Assembly (NCBI GenBank): GCA_963764725.1
Contig: CAVXTM010000018.1
Span: 640,001 to 704,000, forward strand
Source of the DNA: an uncultured Gammaproteobacteria bacterium
GTDB lineage: Bacteria > Pseudomonadota > Gammaproteobacteria > JACCXJ01
Length of the DNA stretch: 64,000 nt
Direction: 5' to 3'
A program made the translations under genes and the position numbers. The notes under the pieces are model-generated. The model saw nothing but the letters and a program-made list of their open reading frames with translations, did not search any database and had not been told where the DNA came from. Below are positions 10,054 to 20,061 of this stretch, one piece after another. The number at the start of each line of letters is the position of its first letter. The stretch's first letter is position 1.

Positions 10054-11388
10054 ATGATCCGACCGCGGGTGGTCATCTCGACCTTTGGCTCCCTTGGCGA
10101 TCTGAACCCTTACGTCGCGATCGCGCTAGAGCTTCGGCACCGGGGCTATGAGCCGGTGATCGCAACCACGCCTCTCTACCGCGATAAGATCACCTCGCTT
10201 GGGCTTATGTTTCATCCGGTCCGCCCAGACCTGCCCTCCTACGACCGCCCCGAAGAACTCGAGGCGATCGTACGAGGTGCCATAGACCCGATGACCGGAA
10301 TTCGGACCATCGTCGGGGAGTTGATCATGCCCTATCTACGCGGCATCTACGACGATCTCTGTCAGGCGGTGCAAGGCGCCGCCTTGTTGTTGAGCCATCC
10401 CCTCCCGCTGGTCGCACCGATCGTCGCGGAGAGGACGGGCGTGCCGTGGGTCTCGAGCGTGCTTGCCCCGATGTCGCTCTTCTCCGTCCATGATCCCGCC
10501 GTTAACGCCCAGATGCCGTGGTTACACCCGTTCCTTAAGCTATCGCCCGCCCTCTGTCGCGCCAGCATCCATCTCGTCAGACGATTGTCGGACCGGATGC
10601 TGAGACCGCTCTATGCGTTGAGGGCGGAATTGGGGTTACCGCCGGGACCGCATCCGCTTATCGAAGGGCTCCATGCCCCGAGCGCGGCGTTGGCGCTCTT
10701 TTCCAAGCTCTTGGTCCGGGATCAGCGCGATTGGCCGCGACAGCTTCGAGTCACAGGCTTTCCTTACCACGATCTTCGCGGCCGACCCGGGGATCCCGTC
10801 GACTTGCCCTGCGGATTGCAACGATTCCTCGAAACCGGTCCGCCGCCACTGGTTTTTTCGCTTGGCTCCGCAGCCTTCTGGGCGGCGGGGGATTTTTTCA
10901 AGCAGAGTATCGAGGCTGCGGTGGCCCTAGGCCAACGTGCCGTCTTGCTGGTGGGCGACGATCGCTTTCTACCCCGCGATCCCCTGCCGGCTGGCATCGC
11001 GGCTTACGACTACGCCCCCTACGGCGCGCTCTTCCCGCACGCGAGCGTCGTTATCCACCACGGGGGGATCGGGTCGACCGCCCAGGTCTTGCGTGCCGGG
11101 CGGCCGATGCTTGTCGTGCCGATCGCCCACGACCAATACGACAACGCGGCGCGTGTGGGTGCACTCGGCGTCGCCCGCACCCTTCCCCGCCGCCGCTACC
11201 AAAAGCAGCAGGTTGTCTCCGCGCTGCGGGCGTTGCTAGAAGAGCCGAGCTACGTCGAAAGAGCGCGCACCACGGCCGAGGAGGTACGATGCGAACGAGG
11301 GACCGCCGCCGCGGTCGACATTATCGAAGAGGTCCTGGCACGCGGCGGTTTGCACAGTCAGTTTTTATCATCCTTGAACCCCATGTGA
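10054..11388 (+). CDS. GT1-family glycosyltransferase (RhlB/MGT-like)
   Basis: GSLGDLNP N-terminal motif; HHGGIGST...VP.AHDQYDNA C-terminal signature. Confidence 0.9.
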   Translation: MIRPRVVISTFGSLGDLNPYVAIALELRHRGYEPVIATTPLYRDKITSLGLMFHPVRPDLPSYDRPEELEAIVRGAIDPMTGIRTIVGELIMPYLRGIYDDLCQAVQGAALLLSHPLPLVAPIVAERTGVPWVSSVLAPMSLFSVHDPAVNAQMPWLHPFLKLSPALCRASIHLVRRLSDRMLRPLYALRAELGLPPGPHPLIEGLHAPSAALALFSKLLVRDQRDWPRQLRVTGFPYHDLRGRPGDPVDLPCGLQRFLETGPPPLVFSLGSAAFWAAGDFFKQSIEAAVALGQRAVLLVGDDRFLPRDPLPAGIAAYDYAPYGALFPHASVVIHHGGIGSTAQVLRAGRPMLVVPIAHDQYDNAARVGALGVARTLPRRRYQKQQVVSALRALLEEPSYVERARTTAEEVRCERGTAAAVDIIEEVLARGGLHSQFLSSLNPM

Positions 11389-11992
11389 TAGTGCGACCCA
11401 TCGCAGAACGGCTTGTTCTTCGACCCGCCGCAGCGACACAGCGTGTAATGCTCAGGGGACAGTGGGCGGGCCTCACCCCTCAGTTCTGGGCCACCGACCA
11501 CGAACAGGGGCCCATCCCTCATCACATGGATGCACGGCGTGCGCACTTGATCCCGGCACAGGATGTTATTCAAGGTATAACTCAGCGCCCCGGAAGGACA
11601 CATTGTGATGGTTTCCATGGTTTTGGTTGCGGGATCGCCGTCGGGGTTGATCCAGGGTTCCGTCTTCAGGCTGAAGACATTCGGTGAGTGCTCGGTGCAA
11701 AACCCTGCGTGTGAGCACGTAAACCGGTTGTCATGGATGGTGAGTTCCTTGCCCACGTAGTCATCGGTCTTGCTTGCTGACGGATCGCGCAAGCGCTCCC
11801 CGGAAAAACCGATCTTCTTGTGTGTGCCATCGCAGAACGGCTTGTTCTTCGACCCGCCGCAGCGACACAGGTACATCGTCGGCTCGGTTCGGATCGGCTC
11901 GCCCTTCGAGTTGCGGCAATCCGTTATGCCGTTAACCAGGTAAGGGCCGCTCGGCCTGAGATCAATGCTTGCTACCTGAGTTGAATCAGACA
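11358..11992 (-). CDS. CDGSH iron-sulfur protein (CDGSH - divergent 4Fe-4S - CDGSH)
   Basis: Two LCRCGGSKNKPFCDG(T/S)H motifs flanking CSHAGFC...CPSGAL; AAGGAG RBS. Confidence 0.9.
11398..11870. repeat. Perfect 44-bp direct repeat (11398-11441 and 11827-11870) in the two CDGSH motifs
   Basis: ccatcgcagaacggcttgttcttcgacccgccgcagcgacacag occurs twice. Confidence 0.9.
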
Positions 11993-12698
11993 TAGTGGTC
12001 TCCTTCAACGAACAGTCAGTGTAACAGTTCGGGGTAAAGCACGCGAATTAAAACGGCTGACGGCTGACGCCATAGCGCTGGCAGATCCCGACCACATCTT
12101 GGTTCTCGACGAGATGCCAGCGGGGGCGATCCCTTGAAGTACATTGCAGGTCCTATACCGCCTGCTAAAGCGTATTTTTATTCCATAGCGCGGCCGCAAT
12201 GTAACGGTGGCATCCGGGGTAACCGGATGCTCCGATAAAGCTCAAAACGAAAATTCTGTGCGATAGTCAGTAAAATTCCTTCTATCATGGCGAAAGTATT
12301 ACCGATGCAGATGCCGGCCGAATCTTACACGTAGCTGTTCACGCTGTGTTTGTCTCTTAGCGGGTGCCACGCCACGATGAATCGCGGGGCGTTGGGTCGG
12401 CATTGGGCGGACCATGGGGTGCCGCGGTAGGGCAACGGCATGACGGATATGATTCATGGTGACCATTATTGCGAACGACAGCGGTACAGACACCGCCACC
12501 ACTATAAAGGCCAGGATGACGGGCGTTTCTACTATCGAGAAGCCGCGTAAGTTGGCTCGATCTAGAATTTGGTCAGAACGGGTTCGGACACCGGCCGTCT
12601 CATCACGGCAATGCCGATCGCGCCATCAGTTGGGACTCACCAGTCCCGGGCGGCGTGGAGGGAATACACCCCGGTCCGCGCCGTGTACGAGAAACGCC

Positions 12699-14780
12699 AT
12701 GAAGCCCAGTAGATTCTTGACCGCCCTAGGGGCGGCCATCCTCCTCTACACGGTCATCGGGTTCCTGCTCTTCCCGATGCTCGTCGAGAGGGTTGCTGTC
12801 GGAGAGCTGAAAAAGGCCTTGGGGCGCAATGTAACAATCAGGAAAATCCACTTCAATCCTTATAACCTGTCGGTAACCGTCCAAGGGTTTCAGATCGATG
12901 AGCTAAAAGGCGGGGCGTTCCTCTCCTGGGACACCTTCTACGTCAACTTCGAGCCTTGGTCGTCGCTCTTTCATCGCACCTGGGTATTCAAGGACGGAGC
13001 ACTGCTTGAACCTCACGTGAACGTCGTTCGGAACGCCGATGGCACGCTGAACTTCGCCGATCTGCTCCTCCTGGAATGGCCGAAAATCCCCCAGTTCCGC
13101 CTCAACCTAATGCGTCTCGCAGATGGAAAAGTCGTCTTTCACGACGCGGCTCTCCCCAGCAGGTTCTCCACGACCATCGGCTCCATCACAGGAAATTTCA
13201 AGGACTTCTCGATGAGCCCCGACCACAAAAACCCGTATTCGTTTACCGCCGTCTCTGAAGCAGGTGAGAAGTTCTCGTGGAACGGATTTGTTCGTCTGGA
13301 CCCATTGAGTTCGCATGGGGAACTCGCAGCGGAGGACGTCCGGATAAGGAAGTACTACCCGTACTTCGAGGAGTTCTTGAACTTTACGATCGCGGGCGGA
13401 ACGCTCACGGCGCGTGCGACATACGATTTGGATCTTTCTCGGGACCACTTCAAGGCACTTCTGAGTGACAGCACGATCACGGCCCGCTCTCTCAAAGTGC
13501 ACGAGCACGAGAGTGGCGCGGCCTTTTTTGGTCTCGCGGAGCTCGCGCTTACCGAAGCCCATTTGGATTTTGTGCAGCAGAAGATCGAGGTCGCCTCGAT
13601 CGCAGTCACTGGCGGATCGGTAGTTCTCAGGCGCCTTCCGGACAACTCGTTCAACGTCCAGCACGTGATAAAGCCTGTGACCACTCCTTCGGTGACGAAG
13701 GCAGCGACTGCTGCCAACTGGCATGTGTCTGTAGGCGAAATCCGTTTGGCGGATTTCGGCGCGGAGATGAACCAGGTTTTCGGCCGGGAAACCGTGCAGT
13801 GGAAGGAACTCCGGTTTTCCAAGCCGACATTCCGGATGAATCCTCTAGCCGCCTCCATAGCCGCGGTCACGCTTAAGGATGGAAAGCTAATGTTCAGCGA
13901 TCACTCCTTAACGCCGCCCGTCAGGATGGCCCTGACTCATCTGGATATCCGAATTGGAGGATTCTCGTCGGACAATCCCCGAGAGGCCAGCGTAGCGGTC
14001 ACGGCCAAAATCGACAATGTCGCCAAGCTTAAGATTTCCGGGGAGACCAATCCGATCCACAAGCAAGGAGCGACGAACGTCCGCGGGCTCCTTCAAAACG
14101 TCAATCTCGTCCCGCTCAGCCCGTACGTCGCAAAGTACCTCGGTTATGAACTGACGAAAGGGGAGCTCGGTCTAGACGTAAAGTATTTGATTCAACGCCG
14201 GAAGCTCAGCGCCCAAAATAAAATAGAAATTGATCACCTTACGTTAGGCGAGAAGACAAAGAGCAAGTACGCCACGGAGCTCCCGGTGAATCTGGCCATC
14301 ACCCTTCTCAAAGATACGAGCGGAAAGATCACGCTGGACGTTCCCATCACGGGAACGTTGGACGATCCCAAGTTTCAGCTTAAGGAAGCGATCATCAAAG
14401 CAGTGCTTAATCCGTTCACGAAAACCGCCACGGCCCCGTTTGCGGCGCTGGGTGCCCAATTGGGAGGCGGAGGCGAAGAGCTCGCCTTCCAGGAATTTTT
14501 TCCCGGGAGTGACCAGCTCCCCCCGCAGGAAACACGAAAGCTAGATAAGATCCTCCAAGGCCTGAAGCGATGGCCGGAGCTCATACTCGATATCGAGGGC
14601 TCCGTGGACGCGGAGAAGGACACCGGTAATCTTCAACTTCTCGCCGCCAACCGGGCCAAAACCGTAAAAGAGTATCTTCTCCGCCAGGGGGCGCTGGAAC
14701 CGGGCAGGATCTTCCTGATCGACAACTCGCTGGAGAGCGTCCCCAGAAAAGGAAGCCGCGCTCTCCTCCACCTGAAATAA
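12699..14780 (+). CDS. DUF748 (AsmA-like) domain protein with C-terminal OmpA-like segment
   Basis: N-terminal TM, FNPYNL, VRNADGTLNF.DL, PLSPY..KY.GY, LLKD..G.I.LDVP..G.LDDP.F, LAANRA..VK.YL. Confidence 0.85.
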   Translation: MKPSRFLTALGAAILLYTVIGFLLFPMLVERVAVGELKKALGRNVTIRKIHFNPYNLSVTVQGFQIDELKGGAFLSWDTFYVNFEPWSSLFHRTWVFKDGALLEPHVNVVRNADGTLNFADLLLLEWPKIPQFRLNLMRLADGKVVFHDAALPSRFSTTIGSITGNFKDFSMSPDHKNPYSFTAVSEAGEKFSWNGFVRLDPLSSHGELAAEDVRIRKYYPYFEEFLNFTIAGGTLTARATYDLDLSRDHFKALLSDSTITARSLKVHEHESGAAFFGLAELALTEAHLDFVQQKIEVASIAVTGGSVVLRRLPDNSFNVQHVIKPVTTPSVTKAATAANWHVSVGEIRLADFGAEMNQVFGRETVQWKELRFSKPTFRMNPLAASIAAVTLKDGKLMFSDHSLTPPVRMALTHLDIRIGGFSSDNPREASVAVTAKIDNVAKLKISGETNPIHKQGATNVRGLLQNVNLVPLSPYVAKYLGYELTKGELGLDVKYLIQRRKLSAQNKIEIDHLTLGEKTKSKYATELPVNLAITLLKDTSGKITLDVPITGTLDDPKFQLKEAIIKAVLNPFTKTATAPFAALGAQLGGGGEELAFQEFFPGSDQLPPQETRKLDKILQGLKRWPELILDIEGSVDAEKDTGNLQLLAANRAKTVKEYLLRQGALEPGRIFLIDNSLESVPRKGSRALLHLK

Positions 14781-14795
14781 CAGTAGCGATCCTAT

Positions 14796-15300
14796 TCACG
14801 CCGGACCTTGTTTATCCGCGCGATCGAAGTGGCGATGCTGCTTCATCGCCTCAATAAACTCCCGAACTAGTGTCTTGATATCGACGCGCGAAGTGATCAC
14901 ACCCTTGTGACTCACGATCTTCGATTTGGTCGCTTCGCCAGCGAGGTCAATACCGGGCAAGTTCGCCGCGGCCATAAGCTGTATGCCTTCCCCGCTCGCG
15001 CCTAGCGTCTTGCAATGTCGGAAGGCTTCCTGAACAAAATGGATCGCATCGCCCTGCTTCGTCATCGCCATGGCGCTTGCGTTCCCGCTGGGAACAAACA
15101 CCGCGTCGTAAAACACCGACGCCGCCGTGAGATGACTCTTGTCGGCCTCGACCGCGCTTTGCAACGCCTCGACCAGATGCTCGCGTTCCGGCGCCGATTG
15201 ACTCTTCAAAAACATCGTCGCCTGACTGTAGTGGTCTTTGAAGCTATCGCTGCGGGCGCGGATCTTGTTGCCGTCCACTCACTCGGCGTAGTGGGTGTAC
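14796..15300 (-). pseudogene. katE: Catalase HPII (KatE) C-terminal remnant with internal deletion
   Basis: K.RARSDSF.DHYSQA..F..SQS..E.EH, SV.YDAV, F..EAFRHCK, F..A..QHRHFDR; upstream in-frame YTHYAE*VDG stop; N-terminal catalytic domain absent. Confidence 0.8.
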
Positions 15301-15369
15301 CAACTGCGGTTTTAAATCAGAACTCTCGGCGGCCGGGGAGCCCGTTACGCCAGAATCGCGCGATACGTG

Positions 15370-15972
15370 TTACAGCATCTTCTCGCGCGCTTGTTCCGCG
15401 CGCGCCGCGCCAATAGCGGTTTTCACGTCTTTTTCTTCTTCGGGGGGCGGCAGGACCGCGGGCATTCCGAGCGACTGGATCCACAATTCGCGGCACCAGC
15501 CTTTGCTGTGGTAGAGGTGCTCGTCTTCCTCACCTTCAACTTCTTCGCACGCCGCTGTTAACGCTTTCTTCTCGTCGCCTTTGGCTTTATCGGCGCATCT
15601 CGAAAGCAGTTCCCAGTTTTGATGGTCCTTGGTTTCGGCGAGTACCACGCACTCACAGGCGAGAAGCTCGGCAGCTTCCCGCTTGCCGCTTTTTTTTGCC
15701 ATTTGAATAGCCTGCACCAGTCCTTCACCGAGATGGTGAACAACCTCGCGTCCCGGTGTTTGCTGTTCCGGGTCGAGACCGAATTTCTCAAAGAGATCGC
15801 GAACGACTTCGATATGAAGCATCGTCTGTTCAAGGTATTCTGTCCATTCCTCTTTCAGGTCCTTGTTAACCACGCACTGCAAAGCGCTGGTATAAACCTG
15901 CGCGCCACCCATCTCGGTTTCCAACATCTGGTACAAGAGTTCTTTAACCTGTTCGTTCATTTTCGTCTCCAT
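15370..15972 (-). CDS. Ferritin-like (DUF892-type) stress protein
   Basis: LYQMLETEMGG..VY, E..AETKDHQNW, EEDEHLYH di-iron-type ExxH motifs. Confidence 0.85.
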   Translation of the reverse strand: METKMNEQVKELLYQMLETEMGGAQVYTSALQCVVNKDLKEEWTEYLEQTMLHIEVVRDLFEKFGLDPEQQTPGREVVHHLGEGLVQAIQMAKKSGKREAAELLACECVVLAETKDHQNWELLSRCADKAKGDEKKALTAACEEVEGEEDEHLYHSKGWCRELWIQSLGMPAVLPPPEEEKDVKTAIGAARAEQAREKML

Positions 15973-16209
15973 AGGTGCGTCTAGCGTAGAAGCGCTTATG
16001 CCTGATGTGCCGACTGCTAACTGCTACACTATATCGTGTGTTTCAGCCGTGATCGGCGCACCGGGGGGACTCGAGAGAGTTGCCTCACAGAGTACGTTTT
16101 CTAGCTTACGTCCGTTTCACCGGCCGTCGAAATATCGTTCGATGGTGTGCGATAGCTCGATCAAAAGACATTGCAACCCTCGGCATCGCGGGTGAGTGTT
16201 CAACCCTGC

Positions 16210-16287
16210 TCAATTCATAACAAGATAAATAATGACCAGCACGATGGCAGGTACACCCAGAAGCCATCCAATAAAATATTTGCCCAT
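16210..16287 (-). CDS. 25-aa single-pass membrane microprotein MGKYFIGWLLGVPAIVLVIIYLVMN
   Basis: AGGAG RBS, ATG at 16287, TGA at 16210-16212; below the ORF-track size cut-off. Confidence 0.75.
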   Translation of the reverse strand: MGKYFIGWLLGVPAIVLVIIYLVMN

Positions 16288-16350
16288 TGCCGTTCTCCTA
16301 AAATAAATAAATTTAAATGTGTGTCGAAGCCGCTGTCTACACCCGATTCA

Positions 16351-16554
16351 CTAGAATTTCATCGGCGGTTGGTCGTCCCAAGCCTCCGGTGGTGTTGCCG
16401 GGATTACTGGCGCAGGGGTGCGCACCGAGCCCTGGAATTTATTAGTGGCGCTCGTGCATCGGTCGCGCAAACGTACGCGGCGCGGCCGGCCCGAATCGGG
16501 ATCAAAGAAATACATCAGCGCAGCGCCGATGCCCATGAGTATTAGTGTCGTCAT
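16351..16554 (-). CDS. YtxH-like small protein (N-terminus typical of BON-domain stress proteins; possibly truncated)
   Basis: GIGAALMYFFDPDSGR.RR..LRD motif; GAGGAGG RBS. Confidence 0.7.
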   Translation of the reverse strand: MTTLILMGIGAALMYFFDPDSGRPRRVRLRDRCTSATNKFQGSVRTPAPVIPATPPEAWDDQPPMKF

Positions 16555-16640
16555 AGGGTCCTCCTCTACTAAGTGACGCAGAGCGTATCTGCATCGATTG
16601 ATCGACGCGTGTGGCGGGTCACCCGCTTGGTTCAGGGGTG

Positions 16641-16656
16641 AGCAACGCATATGCCA
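16641..16656 (-). promoter_or_regulatory. Sigma-54-type -24/-12 promoter
   Basis: Minus strand TGGCATATGCGTTGCT (GG-N10-GC), about 87 bp upstream of the ATG at 16554. Confidence 0.65.
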
Positions 16657-16924
16657 TAGGCTTCTTTTCCCTACTCTTGCCTTAGCGATCAAGCATCTGG
16701 GGCTAGGGCGAATCAGAATAAAAAACATTTTTGCGAGGAGGTCCGGTAAAGATTACCGTTCCGTTGTAGACCTTACAGCGAGTGCACGGGTCAAGCGCTG
16801 CGCGCGAGGTTGTGACGATGAAATAGCACGGGCGAGGAGACCACGCGATGGACACTGTCCGCTCCGCTGGTCGGGCTTTGTAGGGCGGGGCGACCGGCAA
16901 TCCCGCCGACATGCTGAAAAAGCG

Positions 16925-17248
16925 TTACTTCTTCTCCAGCAGAAGTTGACCTTCCTTTCTTACTCTACCCATAATGGTGTCGGCGATGGTGGCGAGGATG
17001 TTTGGTAAAACCACTTCCAAAATCACCGACTCTTCGAACACATCAAGGTGCCCATGTATCGCCTGACCAAATGTGCCGCCCTCGAAATAAAGACGATCGT
17101 CTTCCCAACGTTCATCAAACGACAACATCAAACCGGTAACGCCACCGGTCATTTGTGCGCGCATATTCCCGAATCCTTCCCCAATACGGCGGCGCGCCTC
17201 AGCCTTTCCAAGCTTGTGGGGAATATTGACAGTGACAGGTCTCGACAT
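16925..17248 (-). CDS. Polyhydroxyalkanoic acid system (PHA_gran_rgn) family protein
   Basis: IPHKLGKAEARRRI..., W.DDRL.F, LLLEKK C-terminus. Confidence 0.8.
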   Translation of the reverse strand: MSRPVTVNIPHKLGKAEARRRIGEGFGNMRAQMTGGVTGLMLSFDERWEDDRLYFEGGTFGQAIHGHLDVFEESVILEVVLPNILATIADTIMGRVRKEGQLLLEKK

Positions 17249-17426
17249 TCGGCTTTTCCTCGTGAACTCTCATTTTAACTATGTAATGTGCGCGCCGCCA
17301 TCATGTTTACGCCGTGGAACATCTAACTGGTAGGCAACGTTCGCGGGGTACTTCCGTCGTGCGGTTGGGATGGTCATTGCAGTCGCGGGCGGCTGTGTGG
17401 TAGAACTGCCAATCCTGAGAGGGCCC

Positions 17427-18704
17427 ATGCGTACTCCCCGCGTAGAATTCATCTCGATGATCGTTCTGGCTGTCGCGGTCGCGGCCTGTAGCGAACGCTC
17501 CGGCGTGGCCGCGGACGATGCCGGGTCTCAGACGTCTGGCGACAGCGTTCCCGGCCGCGCGGCCGCCTGCATGCCGCTCGAAACACGCGAGGCAAACGCG
17601 CCAGACCAGCGTCCGGCGTTCCCCGGCCAGACACGAGCATGCGCGAGCCAATCGAACGTCGCGTTCGATGTCGGCGTGCTCGCGAAGGGACTTGAGAACC
17701 CGTGGGCCGTGGAGCCGCTCCCCGGCGGCGACCTGCTGGTCACAGAGAAGCCCGGCCGCCTGCGCATTGTCTCGGCAACGGGTGAGCTGGGGCAGCCGAT
17801 TGGTGGCGTGCCAGCCGTCGATGCACGCGGGCAGGGCGGCCTGCTCGACGTCGCGCTGAGCGCGGCATTCGAGTCCGACCGGACGATCTATTGGAGCTAC
17901 ACCGAGCCTCGGCAGGAAGGCAACGCCACCAGCGTTGCGCGTGGGCTGCTGTCGGCCGACCAGCGGCGCCTCGAGCAGGTTCGGGTGATCTTTCGCGCGA
18001 TGCCAACCTACGACGGCAACAAACATTTCGGCTCGCGGCTAGCCTTCGGTCCGGACGCGATGCTGTACATAACGCTCGGCGAGCGCTCGGACGCACCGAT
18101 GCGGCCGCAGGCGCAGCAGCTCGACAGCCACATGGGCAAGATCCTGCGCATCAGGCCGGACGGCTCGGCCCCAACCGACAACCCGTTCGCCGGACAGCCC
18201 AACGCGCTGCCTGAGATCTGGACGCTCGGTCATCGAAATGTGCAGGCCGCCGCGTTCGATCCACAGGGACGATTCTGGGTGGTGGAGCATGGTACGAGGG
18301 GCGGGGACGAGCTGAACCTGATCGAGCGGGGCAAGAACTACGGCTGGCCGCTCGTGGCGTACGGCGAGGAGTACTTTGGATTGCCGATCCGCGGGGCGGT
18401 GACCGATCGCCCCGGCTTCGAGCAGCCCCGCTACTATTGGGACCCGGTGATAGCGCCATCCGGCGCACAGTTCTACACCGGCGATGCCTTCCCGGCTTGG
18501 CGCGGCAGTCTCTTCGTCGGCAGCCTCAAAGAAAAGAGGCTCGTGCGGCTGACCCTCGAGAACGATCGCGTGACTGGCGAGGAGCACCTCCTCGCCGACC
18601 GCGGTCAGCGCGTGCGCGACGTGCGGCAAGGTCCGGACGGCGCGCTGTACGTTGTCACGGACGAGGCAAACGGCGAGCTCTGGAAAATCGCACCGCGCCG
18701 CTGA
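17427..18704 (+). CDS. PQQ-dependent sugar dehydrogenase (YliI/GSDH family), probable lipoprotein
   Basis: GLENPW, GQGGLLDV, HFGSRL, GHRNVQ, EHG.RGGDELN, NYGWP, RVRDVRQGPDG; VAAC lipobox. Confidence 0.9.
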   Translation: MRTPRVEFISMIVLAVAVAACSERSGVAADDAGSQTSGDSVPGRAAACMPLETREANAPDQRPAFPGQTRACASQSNVAFDVGVLAKGLENPWAVEPLPGGDLLVTEKPGRLRIVSATGELGQPIGGVPAVDARGQGGLLDVALSAAFESDRTIYWSYTEPRQEGNATSVARGLLSADQRRLEQVRVIFRAMPTYDGNKHFGSRLAFGPDAMLYITLGERSDAPMRPQAQQLDSHMGKILRIRPDGSAPTDNPFAGQPNALPEIWTLGHRNVQAAAFDPQGRFWVVEHGTRGGDELNLIERGKNYGWPLVAYGEEYFGLPIRGAVTDRPGFEQPRYYWDPVIAPSGAQFYTGDAFPAWRGSLFVGSLKEKRLVRLTLENDRVTGEEHLLADRGQRVRDVRQGPDGALYVVTDEANGELWKIAPRR

Positions 18705-18780
18705 AGACATCGGTCGCCTGCACCGCACTTCGAGTCCTCCTAAGATCGCGCGAGTTTTTTTAAGCTTTGGCGCCATCCTT

Positions 18781-19491
18781 CTACCGCGAGTCCTCTCCAA
18801 CGCCTGCTTCCGCGAGCTTTTCTTTGGCTTTCTTGGTGACCAGGAATGCGACTACGATAGTCGCGGCGAGACCAATTCCGAAAAAGACCCATTGCGCCGT
18901 GCCCCACTCGCCTCCTCCGCCGGTTAAAGCCCCGCCTATTGCACCAAGATATAAGTACAGTATGACTCCGGGAATAATCCCGACGAAGGTCGCGAGGACG
19001 TAGTGCCAAAATTTGATCTGCGTAATACCAAAAAAGTAGTTCTGAAGATTGAACGGCACCAAAGGACTCAACCGCAGCAGCAGAACGACCTTCCAACCGT
19101 CCTCGGCGACTGCTTTATCCACTGCCTGGAACTTGGGCCGCTTTTCGATCATACCTTTTAATCGGTCACGCACGAGATAACGCGCGGTCAAAAAGGCAAG
19201 TGCCGCGCCGACCGTCGCACCGACCATAACGACGGGGAACCCCCATCCCAAACCGAACACCAGACCGGCTGCGATTGTGAACGGCGCGCCCGGCGCGAGG
19301 ACTACCGTGGCAACGATGTACGCGGCTGCAAAAACCACTCCGCCCCAAACACCCAGTCCCTCTATCCATCCGCTGAATGAATCTAGCCAGTCCTTTAGCG
19401 GTAGTAAAAACCAGGCGGCGAAAACCGCGACCAAGGCGATAGCCGGGATAATCAAATTCCTGGGGATTCCTTTTTCTTTCGATTCCGGCAT
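18781..19491 (-). CDS. TVP38/TMEM64 (DedA/SNARE-associated) membrane protein
   Basis: AF..ARY, LLRLSPLVPFNLQNY..G.T motifs; AAGGAG RBS. Confidence 0.9.
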   Translation of the reverse strand: MPESKEKGIPRNLIIPAIALVAVFAAWFLLPLKDWLDSFSGWIEGLGVWGGVVFAAAYIVATVVLAPGAPFTIAAGLVFGLGWGFPVVMVGATVGAALAFLTARYLVRDRLKGMIEKRPKFQAVDKAVAEDGWKVVLLLRLSPLVPFNLQNYFFGITQIKFWHYVLATFVGIIPGVILYLYLGAIGGALTGGGGEWGTAQWVFFGIGLAATIVVAFLVTKKAKEKLAEAGVGEDSR

Positions 19492-19540
19492 CGCGTGCTC
19501 CTTCAAATCGAAAAGCGTTTGCCATTCGCGCGCAAATGCT

Positions 19541-19686
19541 TAGGGAAGCACTGCAAAAGTGTTATGAGCATGCCCAGATGCGCGAAGCCGCGGAGCGAGT
19601 CACGAGACATATCAGGTAGATAGGCGAGTGACGAGCGAGCACGCGACAATGCAGATGGGCAGCGCAATAGCTTTTGCAGAGCTTCC
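19541..19686. mobile_element. MITE-like element, copy 1
   Basis: Terminal inverted repeats GGAAGCACTGCAAAAG / CTTTTGCAGAGCTTCC (1 mismatch); internal blocks shared with 60077-60210. Confidence 0.7.
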
Positions 19687-20061
19687 GGGTATTCGCCGGC
19701 CCCCGCAAACTCAAGGTCCAACTCAGCAACTTTTTCACCGTTGGCGTCAACCTTTGTTCCATCCGTTCCCAGCCTCACGCATGTTTGGGCATTCGCCGAA
19801 TGCCGCAGCGCTTTGCTCGGAACGCATCCCAGCTCCGGATCGACGATGCCTGGTTTTACGACTATCATAGAAAGATCCCTTTCGCCCGATGGTGATGGTA
19901 GGTGAATAAGAATCTTAAAAAGGAAGATACGACTGGACCTGTGAGCTGTCAATCACGCGCTACTCGGTCGGGAATCGGGGAACTCTCGGGCTAGTCGTCA
20001 GCGGCGCTTAAAATTCCTATACTCATACCCAATTACCGTTCCGGTCAGCCCTTAGGGTCCA

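Noticed and set aside
11358-11388. 31-bp convergent overlap of the glycosyltransferase and CDGSH genes
   Set aside because: Short tail-to-tail overlaps are common; no evidence of function.
12060-12140. ALADPDHILVLDE, like an ABC Walker B scrap
   Set aside because: Too short to support without a search.
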